8,173 bases of DNA, from positions 1 to 8,173 of the forward strand of contig JADGIF010000459.1 of the NCBI GenBank assembly GCA_018985225.1, given 5' to 3'. The notes under the pieces were generated by a model. It did no database searches, had not been told where the DNA came from, and was given only the letters and a program-made list of their open reading frames with translations. Origin of the DNA: Amoeboradix gromovi X-113. Lineage: Eukaryota > Fungi > Sanchytriomycota. Position 1 is the stretch's first letter, and every line of letters begins with the position of its first letter. Positions 1 through 6,765 of this stretch are shown piece after piece. Position numbers and translations under genes: made by a program.

Positions 1-157
1 GTCAACAGTCTTTCTACAAATCTAAAATAAAGACTGGATGAAAGGGCAAAAGAATAGCTATACAGACTGTTTATTTTTGAAATTTCGATACAAATTGTCT
101 ACTCTAGTTTTTACAGAGCATGTCCCACTTGTTATAAGTTCTTAATTTTTGAAACTA

Positions 158-1897
158 ATGAATTGTCCAATTAATTCTGATTGCGACAGAGTCATCTTTT
201 CTTTCTATTCCGTCCAAATGTGTGAGTTTCTAGAATCCTTCTTTGTACCTCCATCTATTTCAATTATCCTGTTCATGGACAATTCTCTCAATTTTCGTTT
301 TCCCAGCATTAAATCTGTGTCCTCTATTCCTCCACCATCTGCCACAAACTTTTTTTTTAAATTATCTGATAATGTGTTTTCTTTTCAATGTGATGACTCA
401 GTTTCTCTAGAATATTGTTTTTTGATCTCTGTATATTCATTTCACTCACAGATTAAGAGTAATATATCATTTCATATAAATTCCTTACTTATCAAAGACT
501 GCACATTATTCTTGGATACACTCAATCGGGGTTGCTTGTTTTTTGATGACTTTCATATTTACTCTCAGTTTACCACACAACTTGATTTTAAAATTATTCG
601 TCAATTGAATACCAATTTCACAATAAGTGATGCATTAAGAATAATGGAATGGCCTAAATTATCATTTTATTTGAACCATATGATGAAATATGCGATTGTT
701 TCTGTAAGTGGCAATAACATTTCGTGTATTGAAAATTCGTACCGATCATTTATTTTTAAATTTGTAGCTCCAAAAAACTTGAAATCTACCAAGATACCAA
801 ATGATAAACTAAACAATACTGGCAAATCTCTATGTGAATTTTGCAAAAATGACTATGAAGACGAGCCATTTGAGTTTAAGAGGAAATCTGTTGTCATTTA
901 CAACAACTCGCTGCATGCATATGATCTGAAAGCTGGTTTATCGCGGTTTGTATCCACTTTTACTACAAAAGACATAAGTTTGGATGTATTCTTTGATGAT
1001 GTTCGGCAGTTTTACCTTCATTTCTTACGAATTGGATATAAAATGTTCCATTATTACACTCGGCAAGAGGATTGGAGATACAGTGAACCCAACTCGCTAG
1101 CTCATGATCCTTTCAAATATAAAAAGGCGCTGAATCTGCTAAAATCAGACCTTGAAGATAATTTGGATTATGTTGAGTATGTAACTAGATATTGCCGTGC
1201 TAAATATAAACAGAGTGTACAGCTTTATAGTGAGTATTCTATGACTGGGTATTCTGGATTTATATCTTTGGGAGGCTTGTGGCAGGTTGAATCTAATCGG
1301 ATGTACAGTAACGAAATAGACCTCAATTATGATTTATGCAAACAAGCCTGTAAGAATAGAGAATACAATATAATAGAATACGTAGATACTATGGATAAAG
1401 TAAAAGCAAACCCAAACAGATATAAAAAACAAAAAACTACGGATTTAGACCACTGGAAGTTCAAGGGTGATAAGAAAGCTATTTCGACTTTAGTAAAAGT
1501 GCAAAAAGAAGCAATTTCTCAAACATTAGAGACTATCGAATCAAAGAAATCTTTTTGGCATACAAAAATGTTTACGCATTTTCAGACAAATCAGTTCACC
1601 GCACCTAGAGAACCAGAATTGGTATTTAAAAAACCAGTAAATGAAAACAGAAATAGTAGCAGTGCAAAGAGAAACGCAGAGATGGCACTATATAACAAGA
1701 TACTTGACATTCCAATAATCCTCATAGACTTAAGCTGTAAGCACGCGCTACAAAGAAAATTAACAGTGACTTTGGAAAAAAAGGATATGTATAATTTGTC
1801 AAAATTGTCTCCCACTGAGCAATACTGGTATAAAAAATTACTTTTATTTAATTTACAGTACGAGATCGATGCTAGAGTAAATCGGACTTTCTCTTAA
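158..1897 (+). CDS. Hypothetical protein (~540-580 aa), no recognisable family
   Basis: Uninterrupted ~1.74-kb frame in AT-rich DNA, very unlikely by chance; the opposite-strand frames I read over ~140-560 all contain stops. The track's start at 149 is TTG; first ATG is 158, alternatives 218 and 275 (MDNSLNF). Lys-rich C-terminal part and one CEFC motif. Confidence 0.7.
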   Translation: MNCPINSDCDRVIFSFYSVQMCEFLESFFVPPSISIILFMDNSLNFRFPSIKSVSSIPPPSATNFFFKLSDNVFSFQCDDSVSLEYCFLISVYSFHSQIKSNISFHINSLLIKDCTLFLDTLNRGCLFFDDFHIYSQFTTQLDFKIIRQLNTNFTISDALRIMEWPKLSFYLNHMMKYAIVSVSGNNISCIENSYRSFIFKFVAPKNLKSTKIPNDKLNNTGKSLCEFCKNDYEDEPFEFKRKSVVIYNNSLHAYDLKAGLSRFVSTFTTKDISLDVFFDDVRQFYLHFLRIGYKMFHYYTRQEDWRYSEPNSLAHDPFKYKKALNLLKSDLEDNLDYVEYVTRYCRAKYKQSVQLYSEYSMTGYSGFISLGGLWQVESNRMYSNEIDLNYDLCKQACKNREYNIIEYVDTMDKVKANPNRYKKQKTTDLDHWKFKGDKKAISTLVKVQKEAISQTLETIESKKSFWHTKMFTHFQTNQFTAPREPELVFKKPVNENRNSSSAKRNAEMALYNKILDIPIILIDLSCKHALQRKLTVTLEKKDMYNLSKLSPTEQYWYKKLLLFNLQYEIDARVNRTFS

Positions 1898-2844
1898 CAG
1901 GCGAACTTAAGCATTTCCTGAATCTTTGCCTTTTCGAATTTTCCTTTTTGTTTAATCTGTGCTCGCGTTCTATAATCTGTATTTCACTACATTATTAAGT
2001 AATACCGGTATCTAAGTTTTAAGTCATATAGGGCTAGTTCTATTCTAAAGTGTTTGGACAGCTGTGCGGAGCAAGGCCGCTGAATTGGATCTTTAGTTAA
2101 CAAGGCAGATGTCATCTCATGAAGTAAGTAAGAGTAGTTCGAATTTAACTGGGGAGTAGAAGCGTACAATATCTTGTCTTTCAGTTCATTATAATGAGGA
2201 GCGTCAAATGGAGGAGACCTGCATGCCAGTTGATAGCATAAACAACCTAAAGACCACAAATCGGCTTTTGAATCGTATGGAAGAGATTGAACCATCTCAG
2301 GACACATGTAATAAGGACTACCAGCATAAGTATTTGAGAAGTTTGTGTTGAATGTGGATAATCCAAAGTCAGCCAATTTAACTCGAAGCTTATAATCATC
2401 AACGAACAGTATGTTGTGAGGCTTCACATCACGATGTATAATCTTCTTGTTGTGTAAGTACTTAAGTCCCTCGTTGATCTGTGCTAAATATATCCATATT
2501 ATATCTTCTGGGATAACTCCAGAGTCGTTGCATAAGAATCTAAACAAATCACCACCTTTGCAGTACTCCATAACAATCCATAAGATGCCATTTGGTTGAT
2601 CAATTTCACGCTGAATATAGCGCACTAAAAAGGAAGAGGAGAGTTCTCGCATAATGTTAACCTCATTTACAATTTGTTTTTTTTCGTTCTTTTTTAAACT
2701 TCTGAAATATATTTCTTTTACAGCGAATAGCTTCTTATCAGTCCTTCGAGTAGCCTTATAGATCTTAGCAAAACTTCCGCTACCTATTAAGGTGTCTAAG
2801 GTGTAGTTGTCGTTCCGGGAAAGACTTTGAAAAGACAATTCCAT
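1872..2844 (-). CDS. NIMA/NEK-family Ser/Thr protein kinase, predicted 2 exons (2844-2006, 1986-1872), 317 aa
   Basis: Complete kinase motifs: IGSGSFAKIY, AVKEI, EVNIM, IVMEYCKGGDL, IIHRDVKPHN, DFG, GSPYYMCPE, ADLWSLGC, RP. The KEI...EKKQIVNEVNIMREL and G(T/S)PYYMxPE motifs are NimA/Nek2-like. Removing a 19-nt intron at 2005-1987 adds the tail REIQIIEREHRLNKKENSKRQRFRKCLSSPVKRKSDLL*. Without splicing the ORF ends at 1987. Confidence 0.9.
1987..2005 (-). other. Predicted 19-nt spliceosomal intron (phase 2) in the NEK kinase gene
   Basis: Minus-strand GTATTACTTAATAATGTAG; 16/19 identical to the SDH2 intron; contains the in-frame TAG that ends the unspliced ORF; splicing restores a charged, coiled-coil-like extension. 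Confidence 0.75.
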
Positions 2845-2966
2845 TTGGAAATGGTTTCAAAAATGCAAATACTTCTGAATCTTATGGTAGAATGATGCGC
2901 GCCAGTTGCATCGCTCACAATTTAACTCGAAGTAGCTCAAATAGGTGCTTGTTAAAAAATGTTGAT

Positions 2967-3950
2967 TTATTCATTCAAAATAATGACACTATCAATCTTC
3001 CTCCTACTGCGACTCGACCTAATTCCTATCACTTTTTCGTTTGACTTGTCGCCATATTTATCAGGTAAAATATTCCACTTAACCAACTGTCTTAAAATAA
3101 AATGTGCACCATTTACCCCAAACAGAGCATTAATGGCTGAAAACAGTCCCAAAACTCCTGTGCAAGTGCAAAATCCAATAAGAATATCATTAAATCCAAG
3201 CAAGAGTGCTATTATTGTCAAAACAGCGGAGAGTCCTTGGGTGACTCTATGCAGCATACCGTTTTCAAATAGAACGTCCATAAAATTGTATTCTACGATT
3301 ACAGGTCTCATTATAAATATCACAAAATAAGATTGAGGATCTAGCTTTGGACCGCAAATTAGTCGAGCTAGATAACCATAAAGCAGATAAAATAGAATTC
3401 CAAAATCTGTATTAAAAGAAAGAAAGACCAAAGCACCTGCAATAATCAGTACTGTGCATATAAATGAATGGCACCTAGCATCAATAGTCAGAATGGAACT
3501 AGGATAGGAAAAAAAAGAGTAAAATGATTGGGGTCTCTTCCACCATAACGCTGAATCCCTAGAGTAGTCTAACTGTTTTCTAATTTGAATAGTTTTGACG
3601 AACCTCGGAAATATATCAGTCTTCACTAATTCAAAAATGTGAGTAGTCGCCAATTTAATACCTACGGGATCACCTTTTAAAAACCGGTCCTGTATTTCAT
3701 TTGGAAGATTCAAACAGAAACCATAACGCTTCACCAGAATTCTATATGAGCTTGTACTGTTGGCAGCCATTACTTGCCGAGCATCGATTAGAAATTCCAC
3801 ATTTTCATTTGCAAATATCGAGTGTGAAAATTTTAGCAATGCATTCGCACTCAGAGGGTGATTTATGTCATCGTTATCTAGCACCTGCTCTAAGGTGGCT
3901 ATTTCCAGTAATGAATTTACATCATTTCTTGCAGAAGTGGGGTGCATCAT
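2967..3950 (-). CDS. RGS-domain protein fused to a C-terminal DUF4395-like multi-pass membrane domain (~327 aa)
   Basis: RGS motifs at ~3893-3591: LEQVL, LLKFSHSIFANENVEFL, LNLP, ATTHIFELVKTDIFPRF. DUF4395-like motifs at ~3515-3066: FSYP..DAR, YGYLARLICGPKLDP, RVTQGLS, SAINALFG, with about four hydrophobic segments. The track's start at 3995 is TTG; first ATG is 3950. Confidence 0.8.
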   Translation of the reverse strand: MMHPTSARNDVNSLLEIATLEQVLDNDDINHPLSANALLKFSHSIFANENVEFLIDARQVMAANSTSSYRILVKRYGFCLNLPNEIQDRFLKGDPVGIKLATTHIFELVKTDIFPRFVKTIQIRKQLDYSRDSALWWKRPQSFYSFFSYPSSILTIDARCHSFICTVLIIAGALVFLSFNTDFGILFYLLYGYLARLICGPKLDPQSYFVIFIMRPVIVEYNFMDVLFENGMLHRVTQGLSAVLTIIALLLGFNDILIGFCTCTGVLGLFSAINALFGVNGAHFILRQLVKWNILPDKYGDKSNEKVIGIRSSRSRRKIDSVIILNE

Positions 3951-4028
3951 CCCTTTAAGTGGTTGAAGATTTTGAAATGTTAAATACGACTGCAAAAAAT
4001 TCTTCTGCGCACAATAAGCTCACGTGGT

Positions 4029-4799
4029 ATGGAAGATAAGCCCTTTTTCAGTGTGTCCAGACTAGCCTCAAGAGCATCGTCAAGAATTAGGCGGTCATTG
4101 AGACGCTCACCAACGCAGCTCTGCTCAATAGCAGAATTAAGACTCACAGCTAGCCTTTATCAACGCGGTCATGAAGATTCTCTGCGAGAAAACAGAGAAC
4201 TGAGACAAAGCTCCAAAGGCTGGGACTCAAGAGCTGAAAGCAATGCTCACAGAGTTCTACCAGGAGCAATATGAGCCACTGATAGTAGACACCATGAACT
4301 ACCACCATCTCAACACATTGCCGGACTACACGGCGATCGACGTTATCTCTATGTAGCAAAACAACATCAAGCAGCACTTCCGCGAATGTCGAGCGATTCT
4401 TCAATGTGGTGCATCACAAGAAGGACCAGATCGAAGCCATCAAGGATGGTGACAGTACCGCAGAGCAAAAACGGGGCGGATCAACTCTCGATGTCGCGAG
4501 CTGCGCAAGGTGAAGGACGATATCTTGAGTGTTAACGAGCCAAAGACATCAGATGCTGAGTACTACACCTGGATCGATAGTGAATGAGTCAATATTATTC
4601 CGCAGCGTGCACACTCAGAGTGTGGGACAACCCTAGACCTTGCAGGCATGGACGCATCCTGCGCCATGGTCTTGTCAAGAGTAGCACTTGTTCAAGGCTG
4701 TGGAACAGAGATGTGAACGCTGCTAGCAACATTTGGAAGATAGCAAAGAGAGTCATTGGTGGATTGGCTAGACCAGTACATCTCCAAAGAGCTCAGTAG
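4029..4799 (+). pseudogene. Fanzor1 / TnpB-like RNA-guided nuclease pseudogene
   Basis: Frame-stitched translation: MEDKPFF / QCVQTSLKSIVKN*AVIETLTNAALLNSRIKTHS* / AFINAVMKILCEKTEN*DKAPKAGTQELKAMLTEFYQEQYEPLIVDTMNYHHLNTLPDYTAIDVISM*QNNIKQHFRE / VERFFNVVHHKKDQIEAIKDGDSTAEQKR / RINSRCRELRKVKDDILSVNEPKTSDAEYYTWIDSE*VNIIPQR // CTLRVWDNPRPCRHGRILRHGLVKSSTCSRLWNRDVNAASNIWKIAKRVIGGLARPVHLQRAQ*. The last block matches the Fanzor1 zinc-ribbon/RuvC-III signature (HGLxxCxxC...WNRDxNAAxNI...RP); catalytic Asp codon at 4710-4712. Confidence 0.88.
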
Positions 4800-4910
4800 C
4801 TTCTTATAAAGCTACTTCAGTGATGCTATGCCGATATCACAAACTCAAGATTTACAGAGGATGCAAAGCCTCAAATCTTCAATGGCATAAAGAATAAAAT
4901 AAAAATATTT
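4795..4910 (+). ncRNA. Putative Fanzor omegaRNA: scaffold ~4795-4889 plus flank-derived guide from ~4890
   Basis: SL1 AGTAGCTT(4795-4802)/AAGCTACT(4809-4816); SL2 GTGAT(4820-4824)/ATCAC(4836-4840); SL3 AAGATTT(4847-4853)/AAATCTT(4873-4879) stacked on GAGG(4857-4860)/CCTC(4869-4872) with a GCAA loop; TATGCC(4827-4832) in the SL2 loop is complementary to GGCATA(4884-4889). Position at and downstream of the Fanzor stop codon is where omegaRNAs are encoded. Confidence 0.7.
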
Positions 4911-4920
4911 AATTACAATC

Positions 4921-4965
4921 ATTGTGGTTATAAAATTCTTATAAATATAACAACGTAACCACAAT
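4921..4965. repeat. Perfect 10-bp inverted repeat with 25-nt spacer
   Basis: ATTGTGGTTA (4921-4930) and TAACCACAAT (4956-4965). Confidence 0.6.
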
Positions 4966-5338
4966 TAATTTTTTTCGCTCTTGTTATATCTTTTAACAAG
5001 GCAAAAGATTGTTATGCTTTTTATGATGAATCACACAAAGAGCTTGTTGAAAGACAGATCAGAGCTTTTTAGGGAATTCCGAAGCACTGAAATTATTTAA
5101 GTGATTGTTGTTGTCATTTGAAAATGGATAAGGCTATAAGATTGCAAGGAATATGTCCTTGAAGCATATGCATCCCTATTCAATTGTATCTTAAAATAAT
5201 AAAAGTGTGAGCCACCGCTATGATGGTTTCACTAATATCCCAAGTTTTCTGTCGAACCCTTGACTTTCTAGCAAATCAGAGAGTTTAAATGGCTCTCGCA
5301 ATTTCTATCAAAAGACTGGGGTAGAGTTAAAACAAGAA

Positions 5339-5752
5339 ATGTTGTCTTTAAAACGATTTGCCGCGAATTCTTTAGAATCCCTGCAAAAAATTAAAACCCT
5401 GATGGACAATGATGGGAGCAAGTATGCTGTTCTACAGCTTAAAGGAAGAGAATACAAGGTGCAAGAAAAAGATATTATTGTATTAAATAGGCTTAAGCAG
5501 CAGAATAGTGTGGTTCCTATTGGAAGCAAATTGAACCTGGATCTAATTAAAGAACTGGGTACAAAGCACTTTTACGTTCAAGGCCAGCCTTTTGTTGAGG
5601 GTGCCAAGGTAGTTTGCACTGTCATGGAACATCGACTTTCTCACAAGTACGTAATAGAAAAATTCAAAAGAAGAAAGAGATATTCTAAAAAAATCGGGCA
5701 CAGACAACCTCTTAGTGTACTTAGAGTTAACTGTATAGATTGGCCTCAGTAA
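5339..5752 (+). CDS. MRPL21: Mitochondrial ribosomal protein bL21m (L21 family; yeast Mrpl49-like)
   Basis: YAVLQLKGREYKVQEKDII, GQPFVEGAKVVCTVMEH and KFKRRKRYSKKIGHRQPLSVLRV are L21 motifs; N-terminal MLSLKRFAA resembles a mitochondrial presequence. Confidence 0.93.
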   Translation: MLSLKRFAANSLESLQKIKTLMDNDGSKYAVLQLKGREYKVQEKDIIVLNRLKQQNSVVPIGSKLNLDLIKELGTKHFYVQGQPFVEGAKVVCTVMEHRLSHKYVIEKFKRRKRYSKKIGHRQPLSVLRVNCIDWPQ

Positions 5753-5813
5753 TAAATCGATGACTAAATAAAATCTCATGGAATCCATTTTAGATTTGCG
5801 AAAGTAATTGCAT

Positions 5814-6609
5814 TTATTGGGTAGCCATCATTTTTTTAATCTTTTGTATGTTTTCTCCAGGATTTAAACCTTTTGGACATGTTTTAGCGCAATTCTAAAT
5901 TATTAACAAATACCATAATAGTATGACATCTAAATACTTTGAATGGACCTTCCAAGTCACGTAGCCTTTCTTCACGCTTGCTATCTCTGCTATCAATAAT
6001 CCATCTGTAGGCTTGCATTAGAGCAGCAGGTCCCATGTATTTATCGCTGTTCCACCAATAACTTGGACATCCAGTACTGCAACAGGCACACAGGATGCAC
6101 TCATATAACCCATCCAGCTTTTTCCTATCTTCCACTGACTGCAAATATTCTCTCTCTTCACCATTAACCGAATGTTTAGGTTTATCAGCATCCGCTTGCA
6201 AATATGGCTTAATATTAGAGTAGTGCTCATAAAACTGAGTTAAGTCAGGAACCAGATCTTTAACAACCGGCATATGTGGCAAAGGATATATTTTAACATC
6301 TTTTTCAGGAATTCTACACAAGCAAGCCAGAGTATTTTGACCGTTAATGTTCATAGCGCAACTCCCACAAATACCCTCTCTACAACTTCTTCTAAATGTC
6401 AAAGATGAATCGAGATCCGATTTAATCCTTTGTAAAGCGTCCAACACCATTGGGCAATCAGATATATCAACTTCATACTTTTGTAAGTACGGCTTGTTAT
6501 CTTTCTCTGGATTGTATCTATATATGTTAAATGTTTTCATCTTACTCTTAGTAACTGTTCCTACTTTATTTGCGATATCGCCCATTTGAAAATAGATTCT
6601 GGAAAGCAT
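5814..6609 (-). CDS. SDH2: Succinate dehydrogenase iron-sulfur subunit, 2 exons (6609-5914, 5894-5814), 258 aa
   Basis: [24 protein letters not shown] (2Fe-2S), [18 protein letters not shown] and, after splicing, [33 protein letters not shown]. The third Cys cluster is complete only with the intron removed. Confidence 0.98.
5895..5913 (-). other. 19-nt spliceosomal intron (phase 0) in SDH2
   Basis: Minus-strand GTATTTGTTAATAATTTAG lies exactly between ATG (CHTIM) and AAT TGC (NC) of the highly conserved CHTIMNCxxxCPKGLNP motif. Confidence 0.95.
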
Positions 6610-6765
6610 GTTTCAGAGGGTGGTAACCAAGATGAAGTGAACCCAAGAATCGCTGATCATTTCTTCCTAGATTCTAGTAACTAGAAATCGAAAATTATTA
6701 GAAATTGCTTTACCAGATCAAAGGATTGCTTTCAGTTTTGGATTTAAAAAATATTATTTGTAACA

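Larger units (their letters stand above)
4005..4931 (+). mobile_element. Non-autonomous, internally deleted Fanzor1-associated element (boundaries approximate)
   Basis: Compositionally distinct segment (spot counts: 29/60 GC at 4321-4380 versus 17/60 at 661-720) holding a Fanzor pseudogene and a structured 3' region. The right end is either ~4890 (after the pseudoknot strand) or 4931 (if AAAATTCTT at 3996-4004 and 4932-4940 is a TSD). Confidence 0.7.

Noticed and set aside
431-451. 21-nt GT...CAG segment in the orphan ORF as a third tiny intron
   Set aside because: In frame, stop-free and lacking the TTAATAAT core of the two supported introns; cannot be supported without RNA data.
1591-1815. 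74-aa minus-strand ORF
   Set aside because: Antisense to the Lys-rich end of the long ORF, which explains its hydrophobic look.
2959-3958. Plus-strand ORFs 2959-3330 and 3701-3958
   Set aside because: Antisense to the RGS gene, no motifs.
4029-4274. 81-aa plus-strand ORF as a real gene
   Set aside because: Only the first few codons follow the Fanzor frame; the rest is an off-frame read of the pseudogene.
4150-4404. 84-aa minus-strand ORF
   Set aside because: Antisense shadow of the GC-richer Fanzor remnant.
4088-4587. Stop-codon reassignment explaining the in-frame stops in Fanzor
   Set aside because: Stops are mixed TAG and TGA and come with frameshifts; conserved host genes end normally at TAA and have no internal stops.
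4584-4799. 71-aa ORF as an independent functional mini-nuclease
   Set aside because: Its ATG is fortuitous and upstream of the deletion junction; it lacks RuvC-I/II and has a broken zinc ribbon.
4790-4965. CRISPR array or bacterial intrinsic terminator
   Set aside because: No repeat-spacer periodicity, eukaryotic context, and no U-tract directly after the scaffold hairpins.
4970-5300. Short coding-looking stretches between the element and L21
   Set aside because: The frames I read close within a few dozen codons and show no recognisable motif; possibly a decayed fragment but unsupported.
5884-5913. SDH2 ending VFVNNLELR* as in the ORF track, or SDH2 as a frameshifted pseudogene
   Set aside because: A clean GT-AG 19-nt intron restores the conserved C-terminus exactly.
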